This document shows, piece after piece, positions 38,312 through 49,105 of a stretch of DNA of 64,000 bases. The notes below the pieces were generated by a model. That model made no database searches. It saw only the letters and a program-made list of their open reading frames with translations, and was not told the origin of the DNA. Position 1 is the first letter of the stretch; each line of letters starts with the position of its first letter. The stretch lies in IMG/VR virus record IMGVR_UViG_3300005289_000052, positions 124,001 to 188,000 of that record; one strand, 5' to 3'. A program made the translations under genes and the position numbers.

Positions 38312-39274
38312 ATGGGCAAGCAATCGAATAACACCCAACCTCAATCCCAACAAAAGGGTGAACAGGATGTTCAGGACAAGAACGAGTTGGATAGCGCTGG
38401 CGCTGGCGACATCGCTGAGCAAGGCAATGAAACCTCTGGCGATCAGAGCGGCGATGCGGGCAACGGCGAGAGCGGCTCCGATTCCGAAGGCACCGAGGGT
38501 GCTGGGGACTCCGATGCAGGCTCGGACGCAGAAGCGCTGGCGGCACTCGCGGCGTTGAGCACTGCTGGTCAAGGCGATGGTGCTACCGATGAAGGCACCG
38601 ATGGCAATGAAGACCAAGGCGGTGATAGTGATGCCGATACCGATGGCGGTGACGTAACTGAAGCCACCGACGAACCAGGTGATGACGTCCAGATCAACGA
38701 TGCCCCTGCTGCGACCGAAGCCCCCGTCCAAGGCAACGCTGCTTCCGTAGCCGATGCTCCGAACGACACTCCGGTGGCCGCGCCTCACGCACGCATCCCG
38801 TCGGTTACCCTGAACCCGATTCCTACCAAGGTCGACATCAAAGTGCAACAAGACAACCTCAAGCTGACCATCATCGCGTCGCAACTGCAAGACTACGCGA
38901 CCAACATGCACCCGTCCAAGGCCATGAACGCCGTCGACGGCAAGGCGAACCAAACTGCGCTGTGGCGTACCATTGAAATGATCCTGAAGCTGGAAGGCCC
39001 AGAGTTCATCAAGGGCTTCACCATGCTGCTGGACTGGTTCTCCGAGAACCGCCAAGGCGCGCTGAACGAGCGTTACATCTACCGCTACTTCGCCGACCTG
39101 ACCATTCCGAACAACGATCGCAAGAACTTCAACCGCATCCTGAACCTGCTGGTTGCGACTGCTGATCCTGCTACTCGTCGCCTGGGCCTGGAACAAGCCG
39201 ACCTGACCGCGACCCTGTCCGGTTTCCGTGACGGTGCGATCCAACAGCGTGTGACCGAGTTCTACTCGCTGTAA
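38312..39274 (+). CDS. Putative virion protein with long acidic low-complexity N-terminus
   Basis: 320 aa; about 140 aa rich in D/G/E/A/S, then a globular domain. Confidence 0.65.
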   Translation: MGKQSNNTQPQSQQKGEQDVQDKNELDSAGAGDIAEQGNETSGDQSGDAGNGESGSDSEGTEGAGDSDAGSDAEALAALAALSTAGQGDGATDEGTDGNEDQGGDSDADTDGGDVTEATDEPGDDVQINDAPAATEAPVQGNAASVADAPNDTPVAAPHARIPSVTLNPIPTKVDIKVQQDNLKLTIIASQLQDYATNMHPSKAMNAVDGKANQTALWRTIEMILKLEGPEFIKGFTMLLDWFSENRQGALNERYIYRYFADLTIPNNDRKNFNRILNLLVATADPATRRLGLEQADLTATLSGFRDGAIQQRVTEFYSL

Positions 39275-39276
39275 AG

Positions 39277-39327
39277 CGGCATAGAAGCAAAAAAAAGAGC
39301 CCTGGGAAACCGGGGCTCTTTATGCCG
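39277..39327. terminator. Bidirectional compound terminator
   Basis: Plus strand: hairpin-TTTATGCCG. Minus strand: hairpin-T8-GCTTCTATGCCG. Confidence 0.8.
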
Positions 39328-39330
39328 CAC

Positions 39331-39939
39331 TCAATGGAGAGTGTGGTTGTAGTTGATGTGTTGCGTCACCACGTTAACCCGACCGCAGAACGCTTGGGTT
39401 TGATCGGCGTTAGCAGCCATGAAGTGCAGGATACGTCCTACCATGTCAACCGAGACATCCTTACGGAAGCAGGCTTGCATGTTAGCGAACAGGGCCACTA
39501 AGTAATCGTCAATCACAGAGAACATGCGACCAGGGTTGGGTTCTTTAACAATGTAGCGTTGATACATCGTGTGGTAGTACTGCTGGTAAGTCTCTGCAAG
39601 GAAGAACCCTGCAAACAGCGCACCGAGGTTACGCACCACTTGAACTACCCAGGCACCACCCATCAGGTGCCAAGCGAAGTTGAAGCCCATCAGCACTTCA
39701 TGTCGCAGCTTGTTGTCGGTAATCTCTTTGCCGCTAGAAAGCCAATGGTACGAGGTTCCTGGGATGCCATGACGATCAGACATCATGTAGCGCAAATAGG
39801 GTTGGTCAAGGAGATCAATCATCAATTGACGGAAGTCCCCTGGACACCGGGGATCTTTGAAGATAGCATCCGGTGGTAGTTTAAACAGGTATTCAGCGCG
39901 ATGCTTAGGCATCTCACCGAAGATTGCAGGATGTTCCAT
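39331..39939 (-). CDS. Hypothetical protein
   Basis: Start ATG 39939 with GAGGAG SD; 202 aa. Confidence 0.65.
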   Translation of the reverse strand: MEHPAIFGEMPKHRAEYLFKLPPDAIFKDPRCPGDFRQLMIDLLDQPYLRYMMSDRHGIPGTSYHWLSSGKEITDNKLRHEVLMGFNFAWHLMGGAWVVQVVRNLGALFAGFFLAETYQQYYHTMYQRYIVKEPNPGRMFSVIDDYLVALFANMQACFRKDVSVDMVGRILHFMAANADQTQAFCGRVNVVTQHINYNHTLH

Positions 39940-39961
39940 ACTCCTCACCTTTCTTAAGGCT

Positions 39962-39991
39962 GGCATAAAACGTAGGGGACCGAAGTCCCCC
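39962..39991 (-). terminator. Hairpin + TTTTATGCC
   Basis: Minus strand GGGGAC-TTCG-GTCCCC-TACGTTTTATGCC after the helicase. Confidence 0.65.
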
Positions 39992-39995
39992 ACAA

Positions 39996-41573
39996 TCAAA
40001 TCACATAATCGGTTGTAAACGTTTGGTGGCTGGTGACACGACCACGGAATGTTTCCATCTTGCGCTCGTGATACTCGATGTGCTTTTCAATATCAGTACA
40101 CACCAAGTAGAAGAACGTCGGTATTGCATCAGGCCAGATCTTGAAGATCGTATCCCGTAGGCGCCCCATTGCTTGCAGGTTAGCCTGACTGGAACCTAAC
40201 CCATCCGTCATGTACACATGGAGCAGCTTTGGAATGTCCTGGGCTGTACCAAGCGATTTCAGGGTGGAGACGATAATGTCCGACTCAAGCATCTCATCGA
40301 AATCATCTTCTGCTGTATACCGCATGACCTTCAAGTCAGGGTGACGAGGACGCAGGTAGTCTGCCATCAACGTACACATTTCCACCGTAGCGAAGTACAT
40401 CAAGCATTTCTGCCCATCCTTCATTAACCGGCGGTAGTTCTGCTGGATCAGGTCAGCGTTCATCTCCAGATACGCCCGCAACGACTCCTTGTTCTTTGGC
40501 TCCATGAGAGCTTGTTCAAACAAGATGTGGGAATAGGACTTACGAGCCCTGTTGATCCACTTGAGTCGTGTAGGCTGTCTCAACCGATAAGCAACCGCTT
40601 CCACGGCGGTGAAGATCACCCGCTCGCCGTTGTCGATGCGCTCCCGTTTAGGGAACATCACCTCCTTACGACGGTTCAGGAAATCGTCGTCCCCCTCCAG
40701 CGTACCGGAAAGTGAAAGCGCTTTCTGACAGTGCATGTACAGGTCTTGACGATAGTTAAGATGGAAGTCCTGGTGGACCTCGTCAATCAACCGGAAGCCA
40801 AAGCCCATGGTCTGGTAGAAGTTCGGGGGTGTGCACCCATACCCCAAGTCGAGCAAGCCGTCTTTGAACTTCTCATAGTCCTTGAGGTAGTTGTAGAAGG
40901 TGGTGTTGGAGCAGATTACAATCTTCGCATCCAACGCACCAGCCACTGCAAGGTTCGTCGCAAGCGCAAGCTGCTTCGACCCCTGCAACACCATCAAGTC
41001 CCCTTTCTTTAACTTGAACGCTGCCTCAATGTCACCAATCCACTTCTTGATGTACATGGCTTTGATGCAGATAAACACCCGCTTGCCATAACTCGCGATA
41101 GAGGTCAGTGCCATAAAGGTTTTACCACGGCCTGGATCAACCGTGATGATTTTAGTTACACCATCTTGCCCGACATACTCGATCTTTGGGATCTGGTCTT
41201 CTCGGGGAGTACGTTTGTCAATCACGTCAAACTTCGCAGGGAAGCCGTAGTTCTCAACTAGGTACTCGTACTGGATGTTCTGGTCGTTAAACCCGTACAT
41301 CTTCAGGTGTCGCTTCAGGTCGTCTAACTCATTCCGGTGGAAGTGAAAGAATGACCTGTCGTGTGCTACCCCTACAAAGACGCGCAGCATGGCTCTTTGA
41401 AACTGCCCATTGGGCTGCCTCTCGTAGCCGTACTGCGCTAAGCCCCTACAGAACTCAAGTAGGGCTGACTTCACCCGGTGGTCGAAGTCGACCACTCGGA
41501 TGTGGTGACTTGCCACAATGATGCGCACGTCTGGCTTTGCAATGGTAGGTGGAATCGGGGTTAAACACGACAC
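39996..41573 (-). CDS. SF2 DExH helicase (phiKZ gp75-like)
   Basis: PGRGKT, DEVH, SGT, QAMGRLR motifs. Confidence 0.85.
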   Translation of the reverse strand: MSCLTPIPPTIAKPDVRIIVASHHIRVVDFDHRVKSALLEFCRGLAQYGYERQPNGQFQRAMLRVFVGVAHDRSFFHFHRNELDDLKRHLKMYGFNDQNIQYEYLVENYGFPAKFDVIDKRTPREDQIPKIEYVGQDGVTKIITVDPGRGKTFMALTSIASYGKRVFICIKAMYIKKWIGDIEAAFKLKKGDLMVLQGSKQLALATNLAVAGALDAKIVICSNTTFYNYLKDYEKFKDGLLDLGYGCTPPNFYQTMGFGFRLIDEVHQDFHLNYRQDLYMHCQKALSLSGTLEGDDDFLNRRKEVMFPKRERIDNGERVIFTAVEAVAYRLRQPTRLKWINRARKSYSHILFEQALMEPKNKESLRAYLEMNADLIQQNYRRLMKDGQKCLMYFATVEMCTLMADYLRPRHPDLKVMRYTAEDDFDEMLESDIIVSTLKSLGTAQDIPKLLHVYMTDGLGSSQANLQAMGRLRDTIFKIWPDAIPTFFYLVCTDIEKHIEYHERKMETFRGRVTSHQTFTTDYVI

Positions 41574-41589
41574 TTCCTACCTCCAACAC

Positions 41590-43557
41590 TTACTGTCTAG
41601 TCAAGTCCCCCATCATCAGAGGGTCCAGTGGGTGGTCTGGTCGGCCCTTCAAGATGAAGGTGCGAAGGTCTTGGAGCGTAGCCCCTTGACGTTCGTACGC
41701 CATGGATGCAGCCAAGCTGCGGTTGTCCATGTTGTCCTCGTAGTACCCAATTTCACCGTTCTCACGGTCTAGCGGTAAGCGGTGGTCCCGTTTCTCCACG
41801 CTCTCCACCATAGTGGACAGAATGATCACCTCAAGGTGTTGGACGTTTACGTTCAGCTTCGAGCTGATCAGCCCGTAGAACGCAAACAATGCTTCCTCGG
41901 TGTTCGAGTAGGCATTCGAGGTCTGATAACGTGAGCGTTTGCCACGCGGTTTCCCTTTCCGGGTTGGGGCCGCTTTGATGAACTTCTCGATCTCGCCCAT
42001 GTATTCCACCATGTTGGTGTGTTTCATGGGGAGCTTGAACATTACATCATTGTAGTCCCAGTGGGTCAGGTCAATCACGTAGTCGCCACGTGGGGTCAGA
42101 TCCCAGCCATAACGCTTGATGTAGATCAACGCTTCTTCAGTCAGATACGACAGACGCGAACCCATCGAGACCGACAGGTTAACTTGGTCAGCCGAATCTT
42201 CGGGTCCAGGGATTTCCAGGGTGATGTCGACAATTTCCGACAGTCGTTCCAACGGTAGTGCCCGTACGGTCCTTACCCGGTTAAGGTCAGGTAGTCGTGG
42301 CGCGTAGTCCGCAGAGATAACCATCTTGATTGCTTGACCAGCGAACTCAGCATTGAGCTTGACTTCGTTGCCCATAGTACCCAGTCGCAAGTACGCCTGA
42401 TCGTGGTCGTTGATATAGAAGTCATCAACCACGGAGCTACCATCCAAGTGTTTGGTAGACAGAACGCTTTGCGACACCAGCTCACATAAGGTTGTGGCGC
42501 TGACGTGACCCAATACTGTTCCTGGTGGAATCGAGAAAGCCAACTCGCCCATACAGGTAGAACAGACACCGTAACGATCCGGGTGTTTACATTTCAGTAC
42601 GGTCCGCACTTCGATTTCAGTGCCGATCAGGAAACGCTGGTGTTTCAGAATCGGGAACAGACCCTCAGGGGTAACCCGATACTTACCTTCCAATGCCTGG
42701 AAGTTCCCAGCCGTAACCTTCCAACGCATGGTGCCAGTAGCACCACAGTCGCCGTAGTGCACACGTTGCAATGTTGCGCAACCGAGTTGAAGCTGTCGGT
42801 TGAAGTACTCGGAATCCGCTACCGGGTCCTTTGCTGCTTCCAACGCTTTGGATGCCGACCGGGATTCGATCAACGCGTCGTACAGACTGATCAGGCCCTG
42901 AGTGTAGTTCCGCATCACCGGATCGTGGAAGATCCTGGAGTCCACGTCGGTCAAGAAGCCCCGCAGAGAACACACCTGCAATGTCTGACCAATACTCACC
43001 AGCTTAGACTTCACAGCCTTAGCGATTGGGTTGTAGGCCAGTTCATTCGGATCTTTCAACACCGCCGTCACAGCACGATAAGTTTCATCGATGCTTTGTT
43101 GGGTTGGTTTCGCATTGGCGTTTGCCGCAGCGATCTTCGGATGACGGATTACGTCAATGAAGTCAGTAATACAAATACTGGCCACATGACGTTCCTGCAT
43201 CGTTACGGTGTTGTTGTAGATCGTCTGTTGCGTATCGTAGATCGCCCGCGACCACATTTCGTTGTCGTAGTTGATACGGTTCGCATTACAGTAGTCCACT
43301 GCCAAGGAACGCCCAGTAGCCATCAGGTCGTTGAACGTGTCCTTGGTCAAGCGGTCAGTCCCCATGTGCGACTTCTTCAAATGGGGGATCTCTGGGAACA
43401 TCCGGTTGAACAATGCGCAATACCACACGTAGATCGTGGCTTCACGCTCAACCGCAAGCTCACCATCATCAAACTCAATGATGAACTTGTCGTCCGGGAA
43501 GGTCCAGACTTCTTCCTCACTCTGCTGGTAAATCTCGCGAGCAGGGTAACGATTCAT
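41590..43557 (-). CDS. Non-virion RNAP beta' C-terminal subunit (phiKZ gp74-like)
   Basis: ATG 43557 with AGGAGG SD; GDCG, RTVLKC..VCSTCMG, SQSVLSTKH, HLEVI. Confidence 0.88.
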   Translation of the reverse strand: MNRYPAREIYQQSEEEVWTFPDDKFIIEFDDGELAVEREATIYVWYCALFNRMFPEIPHLKKSHMGTDRLTKDTFNDLMATGRSLAVDYCNANRINYDNEMWSRAIYDTQQTIYNNTVTMQERHVASICITDFIDVIRHPKIAAANANAKPTQQSIDETYRAVTAVLKDPNELAYNPIAKAVKSKLVSIGQTLQVCSLRGFLTDVDSRIFHDPVMRNYTQGLISLYDALIESRSASKALEAAKDPVADSEYFNRQLQLGCATLQRVHYGDCGATGTMRWKVTAGNFQALEGKYRVTPEGLFPILKHQRFLIGTEIEVRTVLKCKHPDRYGVCSTCMGELAFSIPPGTVLGHVSATTLCELVSQSVLSTKHLDGSSVVDDFYINDHDQAYLRLGTMGNEVKLNAEFAGQAIKMVISADYAPRLPDLNRVRTVRALPLERLSEIVDITLEIPGPEDSADQVNLSVSMGSRLSYLTEEALIYIKRYGWDLTPRGDYVIDLTHWDYNDVMFKLPMKHTNMVEYMGEIEKFIKAAPTRKGKPRGKRSRYQTSNAYSNTEEALFAFYGLISSKLNVNVQHLEVIILSTMVESVEKRDHRLPLDRENGEIGYYEDNMDNRSLAASMAYERQGATLQDLRTFILKGRPDHPLDPLMMGDLTRQ

Positions 43558-43567
43558 ACAGACCTCC

Positions 43568-45745
43568 TTAGGACTCTTCTTTCCGATAGACGAAGCGCAT
43601 GCCCGCACATTCAAGGATGTGGTTCACGAACACATTGTTACGACCGTTACCCACTGGGAACTCTTTCCGGTCGATAACTTCCTTGATACGGGTAGGTTTC
43701 TCGGCTCGCATGATGTTTGCCAAGATTTCCTTACCCACTGTCGGGTTGTTGGACTGATCGATGATATCTGCCCAGACTTCGCCGCCACAGGTAGCCGCAC
43801 CCAAACGCACTTCCGCCTCACCAGTCATCCGTACAGGCTGTGCAGCACCTGGATAACTGTTCTTGTCAGACTTGGTGATCTTGGCTGGGATGCCGTGGTG
43901 TTGCAGTTTCGCTGCCGATACGCCAGACCAATCGCCACCGGTTTTCTCGAGGACGATGATGTAAGCGGAACCGATAAGCACAGGTTCGACCGTGGTAACC
44001 TCTTTGCCGAGGTAACCAATAAACTTGACCGGACCATAGACTGGAGGGAATTCCTCCTTCAACTGCTCGATCATTGTCGGGTAGTCGATCGGGTTGTTAT
44101 TCGGCATCCACAAGAAGATCCCGTCACGCAGGACAGAGAGCACGTGTGGTTCGCCAGCGTTCGGGTAGTCTGGCTCCATCATCATCTGCACCATCCAAGG
44201 TGAGCAGATCTGGTAGAAGCGCAGCAAAGAGCCGTAAGCCAGCTTGACTTTCTCTGGGTCCAACTTGATACCAGGTTGTGGTGCCTGGAAACGAAGCAGC
44301 GACTTAACCTCCTTAGGAATGTCAGTGCCATCGCGGTTGAAACCGAAGAGTTCCCGCAGTTGCTTGGTGAGACGGTCAGCCGAGGCGTTGATATACGGCT
44401 CGTACATGCAGCCCAAGTTCATCCGTTTGATAACGGAGTAGGGTTCCATGATGATGTCAGCCCGATTACCCTCAGCGTCGACAGGCATCCGGTGGGCTGG
44501 CCACACTTGACAGATTACACCTTTGTTACCGTGACCGCCAGAAAGCTTCGCACCATCGGTTGGATGGGTGTCGAACTCGATCGTGATTTCAACCCGCCAA
44601 TCGTCCAGCGGTTGCCGACGATAAGTCTTGCTCGCTTGTTGCCCTTGCGAGTTAGGTTTGTTCACGTAGCCGAGCGCCTGGAAAATCAGCTCGTGGAATT
44701 CAGGAGTCAACGACAGGTTAGCGCCGTGAGACTTCTTGAGCTTGTAGTACACGTCCAGGATTTTCTGGTGGAACTTGAGGGCCGCCTGATAATACTTGTT
44801 CATCTGGCGTTCCATACCGACAGGCGTAGGAGGATTCCGATTGGTATCCTCGTGATACACCTGTACGTCAATTACGCGAGCACCTGGTGTTACGTAGGTG
44901 AGGCGGTCATAGACGTAATCCACTTCTTGCAGGGCACCCACGGACATTTCCACGGGAGCTAGCAGCGGATCATACGGTCTTGTTGCAAACAGCAATCCAT
45001 CGGGACGCACGATGTCGCCGATGTCCGGCCACGGTTTGTACAGCCCTGGGTTTTCCGGGTCGGGATACAGATTCAGGAACATGTGTTTCGAACCTGCCGA
45101 CTCGGTGTACTTCTTGAAGCCTTTCGCTACGAGATCAGGGCAAACGTCGTCTGCCACAATCACGCCGTCCTCGATAACCCCAGGCATCGTCATGTAAGCT
45201 ACCTTGAGTTCACGACCCAAGTTGTAGTTACCGTCTTTGTCATGGTTCGAGGAACGTGCCACCACAGACCCTGCCGCAATGCTAGCCCCGGCATAAAGCT
45301 TGGATGTCACGTCTTTGTTGAACTGGTACTTGAAACCAAAGTACTGGTGCTTGCAGTTGAACCGAGGAACGATCAGTACCCCGATCTCTAGTGTCTCCGC
45401 ATCTTCGTAGATGTATACAGTTTCAGGGTTTTCAGCAATGGTGTCCACACCAATGGAAAACGGATAGCGCTCGATCTCTGCAATGATGTTAACATTGCGG
45501 TCAAACCTTTTCTCAAAGGTGAAACGACCGAACTCTCGTTCTGTGCCGGTTTGTTGCCGACGGGGTGTTGCTCCCTTAATTACCAGCGCTTGACCGTACT
45601 GCGAGTTGACCATCTGCACACGAGACGAACTGTTGGCACGCAGGTGAGTAATGATACTACCTTGACCAGTGATCTCTGGGAACAGTTGGTAATCTGTTGC
45701 CATCGGGTCCGCGTTCGAATAGTGCGGAATGGGTGTATCGTCCAT
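43568..45745 (-). CDS. Non-virion RNAP beta C-terminal subunit (phiKZ gp71-73-like), intron-free
   Basis: ATG 45745 with AGGAG SD; EDG, GAKLSGGHGNKGVI, RMNLG, RMTGEAE. Confidence 0.9.
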   Translation of the reverse strand: MDDTPIPHYSNADPMATDYQLFPEITGQGSIITHLRANSSSRVQMVNSQYGQALVIKGATPRRQQTGTEREFGRFTFEKRFDRNVNIIAEIERYPFSIGVDTIAENPETVYIYEDAETLEIGVLIVPRFNCKHQYFGFKYQFNKDVTSKLYAGASIAAGSVVARSSNHDKDGNYNLGRELKVAYMTMPGVIEDGVIVADDVCPDLVAKGFKKYTESAGSKHMFLNLYPDPENPGLYKPWPDIGDIVRPDGLLFATRPYDPLLAPVEMSVGALQEVDYVYDRLTYVTPGARVIDVQVYHEDTNRNPPTPVGMERQMNKYYQAALKFHQKILDVYYKLKKSHGANLSLTPEFHELIFQALGYVNKPNSQGQQASKTYRRQPLDDWRVEITIEFDTHPTDGAKLSGGHGNKGVICQVWPAHRMPVDAEGNRADIIMEPYSVIKRMNLGCMYEPYINASADRLTKQLRELFGFNRDGTDIPKEVKSLLRFQAPQPGIKLDPEKVKLAYGSLLRFYQICSPWMVQMMMEPDYPNAGEPHVLSVLRDGIFLWMPNNNPIDYPTMIEQLKEEFPPVYGPVKFIGYLGKEVTTVEPVLIGSAYIIVLEKTGGDWSGVSAAKLQHHGIPAKITKSDKNSYPGAAQPVRMTGEAEVRLGAATCGGEVWADIIDQSNNPTVGKEILANIMRAEKPTRIKEVIDRKEFPVGNGRNNVFVNHILECAGMRFVYRKEES

Positions 45746-45810
45746 AAAACGCTCCTGACAGAGGGAGTTTGCTACTAAAGAAACAGGCGCACGAAGCCTA
45801 TGTCCCAATA

Positions 45811-45830
45811 ATAGTATAGGTTTCAAATGA
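45811..45830 (-). promoter_or_regulatory. Degenerate early promoter for the nvRNAP/helicase unit
   Basis: Minus strand TCATTTGAAACCTATACTAT aligns with the 20-nt consensus. Confidence 0.45.
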
Positions 45831-45855
45831 TTTTTGTTGGATGTGAGGTTTTACT

Positions 45856-46200
45856 ATGGCCATGCCTATTTCCCAGAAAATGATTGACCCTGGAGCGCAG
45901 GTCTATTACGACCAAGCTTTCAGACGAGTACTTGAAACACACTTGGGTCTGCTCCGAAATATGGCCGATACCAAAGCTGTAGAGATCACCAACGATCTGG
46001 CCTACAAGTTCGAGTACGACTTTTACGGGCTGCTCCAAGCTAAAAACGTGCCGGAGTACTTACACTGGGTTGTCATGCGGGTTAATGACATGACTGATCC
46101 ACGACAATACTTAAGCTCTATGAATCAGTTCCTCTATCCACCGGCTGAGGTCATTGAGAACATTCGCCGGATTTATGCAACCACTGTCAATAAGCTATAA
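45856..46200 (+). CDS. Small conserved protein, possibly T4 gp53/LysM-like baseplate wedge
   Basis: 114 aa, GAGG SD; YLHWVVMRVNDMTDP pattern. Confidence 0.5.
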   Translation: MAMPISQKMIDPGAQVYYDQAFRRVLETHLGLLRNMADTKAVEITNDLAYKFEYDFYGLLQAKNVPEYLHWVVMRVNDMTDPRQYLSSMNQFLYPPAEVIENIRRIYATTVNKL

Positions 46201-46241
46201 AAAAGAAAGAGAGGGTTTGACCCCTCTCTTTCTTTATGCCG
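46199..46241. terminator. Bidirectional terminator (U-rich minus, TTTATGCCG plus)
   Basis: AAAGAAAGAGAGGG..CCCTCTCTTTCTTTATGCCG. Confidence 0.8.
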
Positions 46242-46246
46242 TCAGG

Positions 46247-47596
46247 TTAGATCCCGTTAGGGAACATAACCTGTTGTTGCTGTTGCTGGCCGAACAGGCC
46301 ACCTTGCGGGCTACGGAAGCCACCGTTGTTGAACGCACCGGTTTGGAACGTCTGCGGTTGGGCGTAACCACCACGGGTCACTTGCACCGGCGGCTGGAAG
46401 CTCTGCGGGCTTTGGAACAGTTGAGGCTGAGCGAAACGATTCGCCTGCTGGAACGCGGCGTTTTGTTGTTGCAGCGCCGGGCTCTTGGCCACCAGGTCTT
46501 TCCAACTGCCAGGAGTTGGAGCTTGGTTCTGCTGTTGAGTTACCGGTTGCTGGCTGAACGGTGGATCGAACGGGATGTCGTTGTTCTGCGGCTGGAACGG
46601 CGTAGGCGCAGCGGACTCACGCTCAACTACAGCTTGAGCCAGACGATTCACGTTGTGCTTCGGCGCAGCCGTGGTAGCAGTCAGGCTAGCCTTGATGCCT
46701 TCGTGACCGTCACCGACGTCACCTTCGTTACCTTGCAGCGATGGGATCATGTCGCGGTATTGCGCCAGATCGTCGATGTGGTCAGCGAAGGACAGGTCGA
46801 TGTGCAGCTCATCAGGATTGTCCAGGTGCTTGCGGAACAAATGAGTCATCTTGTTCAGCTTCTTGGCGATCTTGACGAACGAACTCAGCAGGGCGTGCAG
46901 GTTTGGTGCTGCCATGCTGTTGCTGCCGAACGAGTAGGCTTCGGCTACATCTGCATCCGGGAGGATGTAGTTGAACAGCGCGAGGATTGCCTTCTTGTTC
47001 TTGAGCGAGCCCATGTTGACATCGTAGGCTTTGGTGCCTTCGGATTTCAACTGTTCGATCAGTGGGAAGTCCACGACCGCTACACGCTGGTAGCCTTTGC
47101 CCTTGTAGGTGCCGCCACGCTTGATGAACAGCGACATCAGGCGACGCTCGCCGTCAATCGAGATCACGTCCATCAAGTTGTTCAGCTTCTTGAGGGTGTC
47201 AGCGTTCACCGCGCCGATCAACGACAAGAACTCCGACTGGGTCGGCGACAGCTTCTTGTGGTAATCGGTATCAACCGCCATACCCATCAGGTCGGTCAAC
47301 AGGCAGGAAGCTACGGTGGTGATACGAGCCATCACCGCAACTTTCAGCTTACGGATCATCGGGGACTCGCCACGAATGATCGCTTCGGACATGGGGTGGA
47401 ACGCGATGGTGTTATCCCAGTCCGGGTTCTGGAGCACCGGTGAAGCCGGGAAGACGATGCGCTTCCCGTTACACATGGCCGGGACTTTCTCGCCGCCAAT
47501 TACATAGCTGACGAGATTGTCATCGCCGACCACGAAGTTGTTCGCTGCCAGAATGGCACGATACAGTTCGAGGATGGTCATAGTTTTCCTTCCCAT
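46247..47596 (-). CDS. Chimallin-block conserved protein (phiKZ gp70-like) with Q/P/F-rich tail
   Basis: 449 aa; follows the PicA-like gene. Confidence 0.65.
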   Translation of the reverse strand: MGRKTMTILELYRAILAANNFVVGDDNLVSYVIGGEKVPAMCNGKRIVFPASPVLQNPDWDNTIAFHPMSEAIIRGESPMIRKLKVAVMARITTVASCLLTDLMGMAVDTDYHKKLSPTQSEFLSLIGAVNADTLKKLNNLMDVISIDGERRLMSLFIKRGGTYKGKGYQRVAVVDFPLIEQLKSEGTKAYDVNMGSLKNKKAILALFNYILPDADVAEAYSFGSNSMAAPNLHALLSSFVKIAKKLNKMTHLFRKHLDNPDELHIDLSFADHIDDLAQYRDMIPSLQGNEGDVGDGHEGIKASLTATTAAPKHNVNRLAQAVVERESAAPTPFQPQNNDIPFDPPFSQQPVTQQQNQAPTPGSWKDLVAKSPALQQQNAAFQQANRFAQPQLFQSPQSFQPPVQVTRGGYAQPQTFQTGAFNNGGFRSPQGGLFGQQQQQQVMFPNGI

Positions 47597-49071
47597 GGGT
47601 TATGTTGACTCTGCATCGAGTCAAGGTTGAAGTTAGGCTGCTGCACCGGGACCTGAACTTGATAGTTCTGTGGTTCCTGTGGAGCATGGTGGCGGATGTC
47701 AAGGTTACGCGAGATCGTATCGAAGTCGCTCACCAGACCGAAGACGTGCTCCTTGTTGTACGAGATCACTGGAGCAAACAGTGCAGAGGCACAGGTCGGT
47801 GCACAGAAATCCTGAGCAGCGCCACCCTGCATGCTGACTTTCACCCAGGTTTCGCCGTGCATGTCCACCATACCAGTCAAGCTGAACTTGATTTGGCTGT
47901 TGTGGGACAGACCACGCAGAACCGAAGCAGTCAAGCGTTGCTTGAACATCTCGATCGAACGGGTCATGTCGAAGGCAGCGAATGCCTTGTAGTCCCGGAC
48001 TTCCACTTCGTATTGGCCGCCGAACGTGTCGTTGGTTGCTACGAATACCACACCAGTCAGGAACAGATCCGACATCAGAGCCGGTACCTGAGTGGCGACT
48101 GCGATTGCAGCCAGGGTCTCACCAGTAGCCGCATTCCAGTTGGAAGTCGAACCACGGTTGTGCAAGCTGTGTGCAAACTGCGACTGGCCGCCGATTACTA
48201 CAGCGACGTTGTCCAGACCCGGAGAGATACCGCACAGCGCACCGTAGGTGATGCTGCCGTCCTCGTTGAAGTTCAGCGTCTTACAGATCGCATGGAACAG
48301 TGGGTCTTCGGTGATTACGCCTTCTGCCACGTTGCCAATTGCGTACTGCATGGCATCTGGCATGGTGGACTGGCCACCCATTCCGTTCACCACCGAGTCA
48401 CGATAGTTCGAGAGAACCGACGCAGCGTAGTGGTTAGGGATTTCGTTGATCAGCTTGGACTTCTTCGGCAGCAGGTCTGCGAAGACCAAGCGACCGTCGG
48501 CGTAATGAGCACCGCCAGTTTGCGAGGACACTTCCAGTACCGAGAAGATGTCTTCTGGCCGGATAGCCATGGCGACGTTTTCTTGGGACTGGTTGAAGCT
48601 TGGGTTGTACGCACCGAACAGCAGGTGACTGGAATCGATCACGTTGGTACGATCACCCAGAGTCTGGATGGTCACCGACTTGTCGAAGTACATCTTCATG
48701 TTCTGGTCGATGATGGTCGATTGGCTGTCGACCCGGTGGAAACCAGGGTAGTCGGTGTAGCCCGACACGTAGGTTACCAGGTTAGCGCCCATGGCGCGGG
48801 AATGTACTTCCATCATGAAGCGCAGGCGTTGCTCGCCGAAACCGTTGGCGATTTGAACCTGTGTAAAGATGTCAGCACTCGGCTTGAGCATCATGCCACC
48901 CAGCCCGGACAACGTACCCGCGTTGATTTGACGTCCATTGCGGGTAGATTCCTGCAACATCGACAACACTTGGGTATCGACGTTATCGCCCATGTAGTAC
49001 GGGCGCAGGTACTGGTCGTTGTACGTACCGGTAGGGGTGAACAACAACTTAGCGATTTGGAAATTGGACAT
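47578..49071 (-). CDS. picA: Phage-nucleus protein import factor PicA/Imp1 (phiKZ gp69-like)
   Basis: 497 aa directly downstream of the gp68-like gene; assignment by synteny and size. Confidence 0.7.
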   Translation of the reverse strand: MSNFQIAKLLFTPTGTYNDQYLRPYYMGDNVDTQVLSMLQESTRNGRQINAGTLSGLGGMMLKPSADIFTQVQIANGFGEQRLRFMMEVHSRAMGANLVTYVSGYTDYPGFHRVDSQSTIIDQNMKMYFDKSVTIQTLGDRTNVIDSSHLLFGAYNPSFNQSQENVAMAIRPEDIFSVLEVSSQTGGAHYADGRLVFADLLPKKSKLINEIPNHYAASVLSNYRDSVVNGMGGQSTMPDAMQYAIGNVAEGVITEDPLFHAICKTLNFNEDGSITYGALCGISPGLDNVAVVIGGQSQFAHSLHNRGSTSNWNAATGETLAAIAVATQVPALMSDLFLTGVVFVATNDTFGGQYEVEVRDYKAFAAFDMTRSIEMFKQRLTASVLRGLSHNSQIKFSLTGMVDMHGETWVKVSMQGGAAQDFCAPTCASALFAPVISYNKEHVFGLVSDFDTISRNLDIRHHAPQEPQNYQVQVPVQQPNFNLDSMQSQHNPWEGKL

Positions 49072-49105
49072 CTGCGTATTTGACCTTCGGAGTCAGGAGT
49101 TTAGG

